Of a stretch of 64,000 nucleotides of DNA, positions 1 to 9,642 are shown piece after piece (positions within the stretch are counted from its first letter, which is position 1; every line of letters begins with the position of its first letter). Location: positions 27,151 through 91,150 of the forward strand of contig VBBP01000044.1 of the NCBI GenBank assembly GCA_005884195.1. The letters run 5' to 3'. A program made the translations under genes and the position numbers. This stretch comes from Candidatus Bathyarchaeota archaeon (lineage in GTDB: Archaea > Thermoproteota > Bathyarchaeia > 40CM-2-53-6). Under the pieces are notes generated by a model, which made no database searches, was not told where the DNA came from, and saw nothing but the letters and a program-made list of their open reading frames with translations.

Positions 1-258
1 AAGTTCCTTCCAAGACTTTGCGCCTCGCACGATGGGCAACGGAGTCTCGTGCCGCAATTGCTGCAGAACTTCCAACCGGAGGACTGTACATGACCGCATA
101 ACGGGCAAGTCTCCTGCGGCTGAGGCGGTACTAGAAGTAGCAAACCCATTGTTGACGCCGACTGCATAGCCTGTCCGAGAGGAGTCTGCGCTGTTACCGA
201 AGTCGGCTGGTGGACGTGCATTCCTGTCATAGATGGCTATCCTCCGGCTCAAATAGAT
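1..258 (-). CDS. possible partial ORF running off the left window edge (hypothetical, Arg-rich)
   Basis: Manual reverse-complement translation of 1-400 gives an open minus-strand frame with no stop from the stop at 400-402 down to position 1 (>130 codons). The first in-frame start (TTG) is near 256. Not in the ORF track, presumably because it is edge-truncated. No recognisable motif. Confidence 0.2.
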   Translation of the reverse strand, partial: MYLSRRIAIYDRNARPPADFGNSADSSRTGYAVGVNNGFATSSTASAAGDLPVMRSCTVLRLEVLQQLRHETPLPIVRGAKSWKEL

Positions 259-369
259 TCTTGATCCCTCCCACTCCTTTCCGCGTAATGGTTCAGTGAG
301 CAGATTCGAGCGAAAGCAGTCCCGAGCGCGAATAACGGTAACACGAGACTTACGATTGACGTATGAGTC

Positions 370-810
370 GTGAACAAAGCGTCGTGCCTTGGCATGAGTT
401 CAGAGGATGACGCGTCTTTTGAGGACCGATTCTCTGATCAGGCGCGCAAGAAGGCGCTGGAAATGTTTGAGCACCAGCCCATACCAGCGGGAAAAGCATC
501 TGACTTTGGAGAACTGTTCACCAGAATACTTTGGGAAAAAGATTGGACCGACAAGCTCGAATCAGTCGCCGTCAAGATCCGAAACCTGTTCCGTATCCGC
601 AACACGGATACAAAACTCTCGAAGGAGTTGAAGGCGCTCATCCCTGACATGAAAGAGGTGGCGAAGGCGTATGATGAGATGACAACCCGCTACAAGGAAT
701 TCATCCAGACCGTACTCGATGCAAAGCAATCGCCCTCTAGCCAGACAAGAAAGAAGACTGGGTCGGGCAATAACGCCAAGTTATCAAACCATTCTGTACG
801 TCACAAGTAA
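370..810 (+). CDS. hypothetical protein
   Basis: 146-aa ORF with a GTG start. Charged, coiled-coil-like composition (KELKALIPDMKEVAKAYDEMTTRYKEFIQ). No recognisable family. Confidence 0.4.
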   Translation: MNKASCLGMSSEDDASFEDRFSDQARKKALEMFEHQPIPAGKASDFGELFTRILWEKDWTDKLESVAVKIRNLFRIRNTDTKLSKELKALIPDMKEVAKAYDEMTTRYKEFIQTVLDAKQSPSSQTRKKTGSGNNAKLSNHSVRHK

Positions 811-865
811 GCTATCACAAAATACGATGTCTCGCATTTCTCTGGCGAACCAGCCTTTATCCAAC

Positions 866-881
866 CCGGATTCGAATCCGG
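866..881. promoter_or_regulatory. perfect 16-nt palindrome CCGGATTCGAATCCGG between the 370-810 ORF and the permease gene (candidate operator or hairpin)
   Basis: Sequence read directly: CCGGATTC/GAATCCGG is perfectly self-complementary. It sits about 55 nt after the upstream stop and about 18 nt before the permease GTG start. Confidence 0.3.
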
Positions 882-898
882 ACCTTGCTTGATGGGCT

Positions 899-2158
899 GT
901 GCCAGAAGGTACCCCGGGTCTACGCAAAGCAGTGACGATGCGTTACGCTGTCGCATTGTACATGAGCTCGGTTCTCGGCTCGGGGGTCTTGGTTCTTCCT
1001 GGGCTGGCGGCCCAGATTGCGGGACCAGCCTCGCTGATCGCATGGCTCATACTCTCATTAGCCAGTTACCCGCTCGCTTACACCTTCGCAAGTCTGTCAG
1101 CGCGCAAGCCGGAATCTGGAGGGGTCTACGCATTCGCTCGCGAAAGCTTCGGACAGTATTGGGCTGACGCGGTGGGCTGGCTGTTCATCGTCTGGTATGT
1201 GACTGGCGCTCCGGTCGTAACCGTCATCGCTGCTTCCTATCTTTCGTACGCGATTCCGCTGAGTAAAGAGATGATCTACTTTGTTGCGGCGCTGATAATT
1301 CTAGGAACCTTCCTGATCAATTATCGAGGCATTGTGATTAGTGGAAAAGTTCAGCTCGCGGTGATAGTCGCGATCGTTGGATTACTGCTCACTGCCGTAA
1401 TCGCGTCTGCTCCCCTTGTTCGACTCGAGAATTTCTCTCCATTCTTCCCGAACGGAGTTCTCCCAATAGGCACGGCAGCCGCTCTCATATTCTGGTCCTA
1501 CCTTGGTTATGAGAACGTGTCCAATGTTGCGGAGGAGTTCAAGAACCCAGAACGAGACTTCCACCGAAGCATCATCCTCAGTGTTATCGTGATCAGCGCT
1601 TTGTATTTCTCGGTCGCCTTTGCGACAGTTGGAACCCAGGCCTACAAGGCTGGAGGCAGTGTCGCTCCATTCGCCGCGATTCTCTCGAACGCTCTCGGCG
1701 TTTACGGTGCCGTTAGCACTGGAGTTCTCGCGGTTTTCATTATCTTCGGAACAGTCAACGCTTACACGACCGGTATGTCTCGTGTCATCTATTCTGTCGC
1801 GAAGGAGGGAGGCCTTCCACGAGCGATAGCTCGAATCAACAGCACGACCGGTGTTCCTCATCTTTCGCTCGCGTTATTGACTGGCTTGGGAATGATCACT
1901 CTGGCCGTGTCCTATTTTCTGAGCATCGATTTGCAGACGGCGCTCTTGATTCCGAGTGGCGCGGCAATCCTCGTCTACGTGATCGGTTCCGCGTCAGGGA
2001 TCAAACTGCTCAAGGGAGGCCGAGCAAAGTTGTTTCCATGGATTTCGCTCGTTGTCTCGGTTATCATGCTGCCCTTCGTAGGGCCGGTGCTCGTTGTCAG
2101 CGTCGCAGTTGCGTTGCTCGGCTTGTACTACCGAAGACTCCGGGGATTACGCCGATAA
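899..2158 (+). CDS. APC-family amino acid permease
   Basis: 419 aa with about 12 predicted TM helices. The N-terminus has the GSGVLVLPG...ESGGVYAF...WY pattern and is about 420 aa, typical of amino acid/polyamine/organocation transporters. Alternative ATG at 938. Confidence 0.8.
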   Translation: MPEGTPGLRKAVTMRYAVALYMSSVLGSGVLVLPGLAAQIAGPASLIAWLILSLASYPLAYTFASLSARKPESGGVYAFARESFGQYWADAVGWLFIVWYVTGAPVVTVIAASYLSYAIPLSKEMIYFVAALIILGTFLINYRGIVISGKVQLAVIVAIVGLLLTAVIASAPLVRLENFSPFFPNGVLPIGTAAALIFWSYLGYENVSNVAEEFKNPERDFHRSIILSVIVISALYFSVAFATVGTQAYKAGGSVAPFAAILSNALGVYGAVSTGVLAVFIIFGTVNAYTTGMSRVIYSVAKEGGLPRAIARINSTTGVPHLSLALLTGLGMITLAVSYFLSIDLQTALLIPSGAAILVYVIGSASGIKLLKGGRAKLFPWISLVVSVIMLPFVGPVLVVSVAVALLGLYYRRLRGLRR

Positions 2159-2197
2159 ATACCAAGAGGAAGCATTCGTGGAATTTGAGAAACGTCC

Positions 2198-3154
2198 TTG
2201 AAGTTCGGTGTTCAGATCGAGAACCATCTGGGGATAAGCTACAACGGGGTCCGGAAGGTGGCTTTAGAGGCTGAGAAGTCAGGGTTTGACGGCGTCTTCA
2301 TCTGCGACCATTTGATGGGAAGAAACGAAGAGACGTACCGGCAGCCGTGCGTGGACCCTTGGGTGACGCTCGGGGCTCTCGCCCAGGCCACGAAGAAGAT
2401 AACGCTCGGCACGCTTGTCAGTGCTATCGGGTTCCGCTATCCGTCCCTGTTGGCGAAGATGGGAGCGACACTCGACCATGTCAGCGGCGGGAGGTTGATG
2501 TTGACTCTTGGCGCGGGCTGGCACGAGCCCGAGTACAAGGCGTACGGTATACCGTTTCCACCGACAGGAGTTCGTATGCAGCAGCTACGGGAGGCAGTCC
2601 AGATCATACGCGCGATGTGGACCCAGGACCATTCAACGTTTGAGGGGAAGAACTTCAAGATCGACGGAGCCTGGTGCTACCCGAGACCGGTGTCGCCTAA
2701 GATCTGGCTTGGAGGAAGCGGGGAGAAGATGTTGATGCGGATTGTCGCTGAGCTTGCCGATGGATGGAATGCTGTCGGGTTGAGTGTTGACGAGTATGCC
2801 CGCAAGGTCGAGGTTCTGCGGAGGTTCTGTGAAAATGCTGGTAGGAAGCTGAACACCATCGAGAGATCCTACTATGGCTCGTGCGTGGTTGGCGGAACGG
2901 AGGGCGAGTTTCGCGAATCCTTCAACAAACACTATGGTCAATATCGGAAGCCCGAGGAGTCAGCGGAAACTTTTGTGGAAAGAATGCGATCCACCCGACC
3001 GCTCATCGGGACAGCGGTTGAGGTAGCGGAGAAAATGAAAGGTTTCCAAGAGCTCGGCGTATCGTATTTCATCCTCTACTTCCCTGACAAAGAGGGATTG
3101 GGCTTGATGCATAGGTTCACGGATCTAGTGATGCCCCGATTCACTGTTACGTAG
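2198..3154 (+). CDS. LLM-class F420-dependent oxidoreductase (luciferase-like monooxygenase family)
   Basis: 318 aa. MKFGVQIE...FDGVFICDHL...LGTLV...RLMLTLGAGW...KIWLGGSG and a C-terminal ELGVSYFILYFP are hallmarks of the bacterial-luciferase-like TIM-barrel flavin/F420 oxidoreductases. Confidence 0.75.
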   Translation: MKFGVQIENHLGISYNGVRKVALEAEKSGFDGVFICDHLMGRNEETYRQPCVDPWVTLGALAQATKKITLGTLVSAIGFRYPSLLAKMGATLDHVSGGRLMLTLGAGWHEPEYKAYGIPFPPTGVRMQQLREAVQIIRAMWTQDHSTFEGKNFKIDGAWCYPRPVSPKIWLGGSGEKMLMRIVAELADGWNAVGLSVDEYARKVEVLRRFCENAGRKLNTIERSYYGSCVVGGTEGEFRESFNKHYGQYRKPEESAETFVERMRSTRPLIGTAVEVAEKMKGFQELGVSYFILYFPDKEGLGLMHRFTDLVMPRFTVT

Positions 3155-3365
3155 AAAATTGTGCGGGTTTAGGAAAATTGGAGACGGACGAATAGTAGCC
3201 CGAGCAGGAAAAGGCCCATCGCAATAGTAACGAGTCCGCGCGAGAGACACTCGTCTCCCAGCGATAGGAATCGTAGAGTCATATCCAGTCGGGAATGGAA
3301 GGACTGGAACTTATTCGGAATATCTCTAGAAAGGGGGGAGTTTGGGTTGGACATCGACCATCATC

Positions 3366-3866
3366 TTAGCTGGTGAGAGGTACGATCAGGGCTTGCGCGC
3401 GCATCGTGGTGGTGAGCGAGCCTGTGCCTGTGAGCGTCAGGGTTACGGTTGTTGGGCCGGTCCATCCTGAGGTGACTGTGGTGCTGCCGCTGAGTCCAGG
3501 AGCGAGACCGACGACCGTGACTGCTGGAGCGCTGCCGGCGCCATGGTATGCGATCGTGATGGTGAAGTGCGTGCTGTCAGTGATAGCGAAACCTGTTGCG
3601 GTGACGTTGGTGACAGTGCTGATTGCTCTGAAGCTTAGCGAGGACCCGCCGTCACGGTCCCAGCCAGGCGGTCCGGCCCCCCTCAAACCGGACCACTGGC
3701 CGTTGGTGGTTGTCGATGTGGTTTGTGATGGATTGGTAGCTGCAAACGCGTTGTTGAGCCCGTAGCCAACTGCTCCTGTGCCGAGTCCGACGAGCAGTAT
3801 CACTAGGACCACGGTGCGTATTGAGATGCCTCTCCGCGTTGTCGATTGAATGTCTTGCTGCGACAT
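3366..3866 (-). CDS. secreted/surface protein, Thr/Gly-rich, N-terminal signal anchor
   Basis: The N-terminal RRGISIRTVVLVILLVGLGTGAVGY hydrophobic segment is followed by a T/S/G-rich beta-rich region with NxT sequons. This resembles archaeal cell-surface proteins. Confidence 0.5.
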   Translation of the reverse strand: MSQQDIQSTTRRGISIRTVVLVILLVGLGTGAVGYGLNNAFAATNPSQTTSTTTNGQWSGLRGAGPPGWDRDGGSSLSFRAISTVTNVTATGFAITDSTHFTITIAYHGAGSAPAVTVVGLAPGLSGSTTVTSGWTGPTTVTLTLTGTGSLTTTMRAQALIVPLTS

Positions 3867-4035
3867 TTTCTCTTCAAGACATACGATGCTCGAGGTGAAG
3901 ATGGTGGTTCTCCTAGGAATTTGTTTAAGTTCTCAAAAACATGGGCTCGCCTAAGGACTGTTTCGACTTGTAGGAGCCTGGAATAGATTCGGGCTCCTCT
4001 GCCCATGATATCCATCCAGACCCGAGAGCAAGGGC

Positions 4036-4260
4036 ATGTCCAATATGACCGTTCAGGAAGCGGGGGTCGGGACAGAAGCGGGCAGGCTCCAAGAGGACCT
4101 CCGAGGCATCTTCAGCAAGATGCTGAGCCACGCTCGGACCATTGACATGACTCTAATCTTAGGAGACAACACGGAGGCGCTGGGACGGATCAGAGAACTC
4201 GAAGCCTATCTCGAAAGGGGTCTCGAGGTTTTGAGCAGGCCCCTGAGCCGCGAATCCTAG
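4036..4260 (+). CDS. small hypothetical protein (74 aa)
   Basis: ORF only. Helical, charged composition. No family recognised. Confidence 0.25.
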   Translation: MSNMTVQEAGVGTEAGRLQEDLRGIFSKMLSHARTIDMTLILGDNTEALGRIRELEAYLERGLEVLSRPLSRES

Positions 4261-4354
4261 AGTTCTTGGACTAGACAGCGAACCGAACCCCGCCGTCCGT
4301 GCTTTCTCGTTGCCCTCCGAAACGATTTAGGCTCGGGATTCATCTCCCGGGATT

Positions 4355-5164
4355 ATGGTTGAGAACAGAGTAGTTCTCATCACAGGAACATCCTCTGGAT
4401 TCGGCAGAGAAACGGCACGATTGCTGTTGGGTCGTAGCTTCAAGGTGTACGGTACAAGCCGGAATCCATCAGCAAAGCCTCAGGAGTCAGGTGTCGGTAT
4501 GATCGCGCTTGATGTGGACTCTGACGACTCTGTCCAGAATGGCGTGAAAGATCTTCTTGACGAAGCGGGACGTCTCGATGTCTTGGTGAACAATGCAGGC
4601 TACGTGCTGACTGGCGGTGCTGAGGAAACGGCGATTGAGGAGGCTAAGGCGCAGTTTGAGACAGACTTCTTCGGCCCAGTCAGAATGGCAAAGGCTGTAC
4701 TGCCGACGATGAGGAAACAGGGCTCAGGCCAGATCATCAACATTTCCTCGATGGCAGCGATTCTTCCGGTTCCGTTCGAGGGCTACTATGCTGCCGCGAA
4801 AGCCGCGTTGCTAGCGTGGTCTGAGGCGTTGCGGCACGAGGTAAAGAGATTCGGGATCAAAGTCTCCGTCATAGAGCCAGGATTCTTCAAGACCAACCTG
4901 GGCAATACCAGGAAAATCGCGAGATATACGATACGAGATTATGACGAGCTGCGGGAACGAGCTATGTCAACGTTGGATGATGATTTCAGGAATGGAGCAG
5001 ATCCCAAGATTATGGCAGAGACTGTTTTCCGAATCATCACCAGCAAGAATCCGAAGCTAGAGTACGCGGTTGGCAGCGAGAGGCGTTACAAGACGCTAAA
5101 ACACCTGATGCCTCAATCAACTATCGAGAATGGTGTGAGAAGACACTGGAAACTGGATGGATAG
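4355..5164 (+). CDS. short-chain dehydrogenase/reductase (SDR)
   Basis: N-terminal VVLITGTSSGFGRETAR (TGxxxGxG Rossmann motif), NNAG, S-x12-YAAAKAAL (YxxxK catalytic dyad). 269 aa. Confidence 0.85.
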   Translation: MVENRVVLITGTSSGFGRETARLLLGRSFKVYGTSRNPSAKPQESGVGMIALDVDSDDSVQNGVKDLLDEAGRLDVLVNNAGYVLTGGAEETAIEEAKAQFETDFFGPVRMAKAVLPTMRKQGSGQIINISSMAAILPVPFEGYYAAAKAALLAWSEALRHEVKRFGIKVSVIEPGFFKTNLGNTRKIARYTIRDYDELRERAMSTLDDDFRNGADPKIMAETVFRIITSKNPKLEYAVGSERRYKTLKHLMPQSTIENGVRRHWKLDG

Positions 5165-5202
5165 AATTCCCTGTTACAGGTACCAACTCTAGTTGATAGT
5201 AT

Positions 5203-5790
5203 TTGCCGGTCTTCGCCTCAAGTCTCGGCCTCGTCCTGTTCGACTTTAGCTTCTTTGTCTGGATTGCGAGTGAGATCTTCGGGGCAGCATTAGTTCCACG
5301 TCTTCGGCGCCGGGGCGCAGTCCGCGTCAAGAGAGACCGGGGCTCCCGAGCCCTAATCACGGTCGCAATACTCTTCTCGATGCTCATCGCCTTCTACTTC
5401 GGATACGCAGGCGTGGGGGCGCTTCCAGACTGGATTTTCTATGCCGGGATATTTCTGATGTTTCTTGGGGTTTTGGTTCGTCAATATGCAATAGCGATTC
5501 TGGGCCGCTTCTTCTCGCTATCAGTTCAGATTGCTGAAGACCACCAGGTCGTCGATAAGGGTCCGTACAGGCTGGTCCGCCACCCATCTTACACTGGAAT
5601 CCTGATCACGTTCACTGGACTAGGCTTGGCGGTGCAGTCCTTGGGTGCGGTGTTGGTACTGCTTCTCTTCTTCGGGATCTCGTTTGGATATCGAATGAGC
5701 GTGGAGGAGCGGACCTTGTTGTCGGGGCTGGGCTCGGACTATGCCAGTTATATGAAAAGGACAAAACGGCTCATACCTTTCATCATCTAA
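5203..5790 (+). CDS. isoprenylcysteine carboxyl methyltransferase (ICMT)-family / phospholipid methyltransferase-like membrane methyltransferase
   Basis: 195 aa, multi-TM. C-terminal GPYRLVRHPSYTGILITFTGLGLAVQS...EERTL matches the ICMT/PEMT family signature (RHPxY...EE). Confidence 0.7.
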   Translation: MPVFASSLGLVLFDFSFFVWIASEIFGAALVPRLRRRGAVRVKRDRGSRALITVAILFSMLIAFYFGYAGVGALPDWIFYAGIFLMFLGVLVRQYAIAILGRFFSLSVQIAEDHQVVDKGPYRLVRHPSYTGILITFTGLGLAVQSLGAVLVLLLFFGISFGYRMSVEERTLLSGLGSDYASYMKRTKRLIPFII

Positions 5791-5860
5791 GATGATACTA
5801 TCGGGTAGCACTCTGAGTCATATGGGATAGTGCATCCCGATAGGTTTCGAAGAGTGTTCT

Positions 5861-6181
5861 ATGGGACGTACGATTCCTTCGTGGAGGCTGGTTGTGAACG
5901 ATGAGCTTGACCGGATTGGAAGGTTCAGGGAATTTCTCAGAGTCGAGGACAAGGAAATATTCGACGATCTTCTACGCCAGTGCAAACACTACGCACCATA
6001 CGCGAGCACAATGGCCTCAACGATAAAAGAGGTCCCGCTAATGTTCTCAATGCTGTTCGGCCAACACAAGATGATATTTGAACTAGAAAAAAGACTGTCA
6101 AAGCTGGAAGCCAATCAAACACAGATGTCCGCGCGCGCGAGTCAAACCTCGACGTGGAAACGTATCTACCCGATGGAGTAG
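5861..6181 (+). CDS. hypothetical protein
   Basis: 106-aa ORF. No motif recognised. Confidence 0.35.
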   Translation: MGRTIPSWRLVVNDELDRIGRFREFLRVEDKEIFDDLLRQCKHYAPYASTMASTIKEVPLMFSMLFGQHKMIFELEKRLSKLEANQTQMSARASQTSTWKRIYPME

Positions 6182-6472
6182 CTACTGAATAATCTCCGGA
6201 ATGAACACGGCTAGCTCGGGTTCCGAGTCTTCACTTTTACAAGACCAGTTCATAGCATAGTAGGGGTATTGCTGCGATTCTTAGAGATCTACTCCGGAAA
6301 TACTGGCTGGAAGCGTTGCTTCTTGTTATGGCGGCTGTAGAAACATGGGCTCTCATCATGATTCTATATCCGCCTTGGTCTGGAGGCCAGAGCGTTCCTC
6401 GTCTTGCGTTGTTCTAAACGCGTGCTAGAACCGCCTTGGCAGAAGTTCGAGCATGGGTAGGATTGTGAACTT

Positions 6473-7390
6473 GTGGTGTCGAGTCTCGCGGGTGGGTATC
6501 GACGACACTGGTTGAAAGTGGTGCTCCTGATGCTACTGATCGCGGAGTCTCTATCACTGTTTGTTTTGGTCCTCGAGAATTATCGACAAGAGTGGTCCTA
6601 CGGAAGCTTTCAGTACGGGTGCTCAAGCCTTCAAGCCTCACCGGCGGCTTCGAATGACTCGTTCGTCCGCTGGGTAAGGCTCACGTGTCCCAACGGACCT
6701 TCCGTCAGGATGTCGCCTTCCGGGTCCTGTGGAGTACGTGAAAATCCCTGCACCCATATTTTCCCCATCTTCACTCCTCCCACAGGCCTTCTGGGCCTAT
6801 ACGCTGTAGACCACGCAAACCCGACGTGTCCCGATAATTCACCGTACGCTGGGTATCTTATGGTGAATGGTGTCGGCGAGATCTATGGTTCCTTTGGCTT
6901 TCCTGCGACCGACCTCGACTATTGCGCGGTAACGACGGCGTCGGGCGGAACGATGGACGAGTTTAGCGTGCGATGGTCTCTAGGCTATGGTGTGTTGAGT
7001 CCATGGTTTCGCTCTTCATTTCCGTCCAACGTTACCGTTACGCAAGGTGGGACAGCGACGTTTACAATGACATTGACCAGCTATAACCCCTATTCCGGAA
7101 ACTTGTCGTTCGCCACAGGCCAAGTGTCGAATGAATATGCTGGTTCTCCGATTACCCCTCCTACCCTATCGTTCAGCCCGCGGAGCGTGATCTTGAAGGC
7201 AGATGGTTCGAACTCGACCCTGGTTACGATTCACGCCGCACCGAACACGAATCTTGGATCTTGGCGTGCTCAACTGTTCATGACACCTGTGTACGGGCTA
7301 TGGTACTACGGCGGCTTTACGCCAGCTCCGTATGCCAGCGCCAACGGCACCTCATCGTATCAGACGAGTACGATAGTCTACGTGACATGA
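6473..7390 (+). CDS. secreted glycoprotein-like surface protein
   Basis: An N-terminal hydrophobic anchor (VVLLMLLIAESLSLFVLVL) is followed by a Cys-containing domain and a T/S/N-rich beta region with many NxS/T sequons. Confidence 0.5.
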   Translation: MVSSLAGGYRRHWLKVVLLMLLIAESLSLFVLVLENYRQEWSYGSFQYGCSSLQASPAASNDSFVRWVRLTCPNGPSVRMSPSGSCGVRENPCTHIFPIFTPPTGLLGLYAVDHANPTCPDNSPYAGYLMVNGVGEIYGSFGFPATDLDYCAVTTASGGTMDEFSVRWSLGYGVLSPWFRSSFPSNVTVTQGGTATFTMTLTSYNPYSGNLSFATGQVSNEYAGSPITPPTLSFSPRSVILKADGSNSTLVTIHAAPNTNLGSWRAQLFMTPVYGLWYYGGFTPAPYASANGTSSYQTSTIVYVT

Positions 7391-7540
7391 CAGAGACGAA
7401 TTTATCCAAATCATTTGGCGCCCTGTTCCAGAACGGCGGCTCGCAAGTCGAGGTTTTCATCGCCGGTAGGAGGACCACTGAACAGTCTATTTTTTATCGA
7501 TGATTCCTCGTTGTCTTGTGAGGGTTGCGAGGGATCCTGA

Positions 7541-9148
7541 TTGTTAGTCTCTAGACTGGATAAGCTGGAGGAAGAAGTCTTCCACCATGCCTTCAAGCTG
7601 AGTCCACGGCAGGCTGTGATGCTAGGCCTGCACGACTATGACGGATTGTTGCCTGACATTTCGCCAGGCGGGTTGAAGGCGTGGACGGACAAAGCGGACG
7701 GGTTGCTTGAACGGGTCCGTAGCGAGAGCCACGGCCTCGACAAAGACGGAAGACTGGACGCGCTATGCATGGAGACAATGCTGGAGCGAATGCTGTTCGA
7801 CATCCAGGATCTTCGAGGTTACGAGACTCGGCCGAACATCTACTCGCTGCAGTTGAGTGCGACGCCGTACATTTCCCGGGAATACGCGCCTGTCGATGCT
7901 AGAATCGGAGCTGTGAATAAGCATCTGGCCAGGATCCCGGTTTTTCTGGACCAGGCTTCGCGGAACTTGGATGGGACGTTGGCGCAATCGATTGTTGATG
8001 TTGCGACCAAGCAGGTGCAGGGCGTTCTACGGGATCTTGATGGGAACGCGACGCAGGAAGCTGGGAAGGCATCCGCGGCCGTCCATGAGGAGTTTGAGAG
8101 GTTGAAAGGAGAGGCTGTAGTCGAGATGGTTGCATTCATCGAAGAACTCAGCGAGGAACACTCACTCTCAACCGATTTTGCCCTCGGAAGGGAGAGATTT
8201 CAGAAACTACTCTGGGTGAACGATCGGATCAACAAACCGGTAGAAGAGGTCTTGGCTATGGGACTGCAAGATCTCGAATCGAACCTGAAAGCGTTGCGGG
8301 AGCTTGCGGAGAAGATTGCACCGGAACAAACGGTCAAGAGTGTCATTGATGGGATTCAAGAGAACCATCCTACGTCTCATCGCTTGATCGATGAGACCGC
8401 CGAGGGATTGAGGGATCTGGAGCTATGGTTGAGAGAGCACGATCTCATCTCAATTCCGGCGGGAACGCACGTCCGGGTGGTACCTACTCCACAACATATG
8501 CGCGCGACTACGACTGCGGCGATGTCATCGCCGGGACCATTTGAGAAAGAAGGCTTGGAGGGACTGTACTATATTACGCCGCCGGAGGATTCGTGGGACG
8601 CGAAGACCCGGGAGGAATGGCTGCGGCATCTCAACTACGTGACGTTGAAGGATATCTCGATCCACGAAGTCTTTCCAGGACACTACACTCACCGTGTGTT
8701 TCAGAGGGAGTTTGGGAATTCGATGACTAGGAAGGCGTACTGGAACTATGCGTTCGGGGAGGGCTGGGCACACTACTGCGAAGAAATGATGCTGGATGAG
8801 GGTTACGGGAATGAGCAGTTGCGATTGATACAGCTGAAAGAAGCGTTGTTGAGGGATTGCCGGTTTATCGTCTCTTTCTGGATGCACACGCAGAGCTTAG
8901 GGGTAAACGAGGCACGACAGTTTATCATGGAAAACGCGTACATGGAGACACTGCCGGCGGAGCGGGAGGCGCTGCGTGGAACCTTCGACCATTCGTACTA
9001 CGGGTACACCCTTGGGAAGCTGTACATCAAGAAGGCCAGAGAACGCTTCTTCCATGAACACCCCTCCAAGTCTGCCAAAGAATTCCATGATAAGCTACTG
9101 GGGCTTGGAGGCGCCCCGGTCGGTCTCTTAGAAGAACTCATCATCTAG
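7541..9148 (+). CDS. DUF885-family protein (putative metallo-hydrolase)
   Basis: 535 aa. Contains HEVFPGHY (the HExxPGH motif typical of DUF885) followed by GEGWAHYCEEMM. The N-terminal LSPRQAVMLGLHDYDGLLPDISPGG resembles the DUF885 N-terminus. TTG start directly after an in-frame stop. Confidence 0.7.
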   Translation: MLVSRLDKLEEEVFHHAFKLSPRQAVMLGLHDYDGLLPDISPGGLKAWTDKADGLLERVRSESHGLDKDGRLDALCMETMLERMLFDIQDLRGYETRPNIYSLQLSATPYISREYAPVDARIGAVNKHLARIPVFLDQASRNLDGTLAQSIVDVATKQVQGVLRDLDGNATQEAGKASAAVHEEFERLKGEAVVEMVAFIEELSEEHSLSTDFALGRERFQKLLWVNDRINKPVEEVLAMGLQDLESNLKALRELAEKIAPEQTVKSVIDGIQENHPTSHRLIDETAEGLRDLELWLREHDLISIPAGTHVRVVPTPQHMRATTTAAMSSPGPFEKEGLEGLYYITPPEDSWDAKTREEWLRHLNYVTLKDISIHEVFPGHYTHRVFQREFGNSMTRKAYWNYAFGEGWAHYCEEMMLDEGYGNEQLRLIQLKEALLRDCRFIVSFWMHTQSLGVNEARQFIMENAYMETLPAEREALRGTFDHSYYGYTLGKLYIKKARERFFHEHPSKSAKEFHDKLLGLGGAPVGLLEELII

Positions 9149-9209
9149 AGGGTCCCGTGTCAACTCGTTAAAGTGCCGGTAGCCTCGAATCGTCAAGGGG
9201 TCCTCGCTC

Positions 9210-9578
9210 ATGGAGAGTAGGCTCGATTCAGGCCTCGAGATCAGACGAATCCTACTGTTGACGAGGTTGAAGGATGTCGAGAAGGGCATGACGATGCCGC
9301 AACTCGTCAAGGACTGCGGGAAAGTCTCGGGATGGAATATTCCCGGGAAGACTGCATGGGAAGTTGTCCAGCACGTCGTTCAGAGCCTTATTGATGACAA
9401 GCTTGTTGAGCTCGGTACCCGATTTGTGGCGACAGTGAAGGGACACGAGTACTTGGCGGACCCGCTGAAATGGCGTATTGACGAGAGAACGACGGAGGAG
9501 CTGGCGGACAACATGTTCTGGAAGGAAATCTACGACGTATTCGACAAAGCCTACCACCGACTAAAGCCGAAAAGCTAG
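9210..9578 (+). CDS. putative winged-helix regulator, candidate AbiEi-like antitoxin partner of the downstream nucleotidyltransferase
   Basis: 122 aa. Central helix-turn-helix-like segment (MTMPQLVKDCGKVSGWNIPGKTAWEVVQHVVQSL). Lies 65 nt upstream of, and co-oriented with, the AbiEii-like ORF. The assignment is by context only. Confidence 0.35.
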   Translation: MESRLDSGLEIRRILLLTRLKDVEKGMTMPQLVKDCGKVSGWNIPGKTAWEVVQHVVQSLIDDKLVELGTRFVATVKGHEYLADPLKWRIDERTTEELADNMFWKEIYDVFDKAYHRLKPKS

Positions 9579-9642
9579 ACCCTAAGAACCAGCCCGCAGT
9601 AGAATCGGACGTTTCCAAGAAAAAAACTCGGCGTAATCGAAA

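Noticed and set aside
853-881. GGATTCGAATCC resembling a tRNA T-arm (TTCGAAT loop)
   Set aside because: No 5-bp T-stem with a 7-nt loop can be formed, and no acceptor/D/anticodon arms are present on either strand. The sequence is better explained as a perfect 16-nt palindrome.
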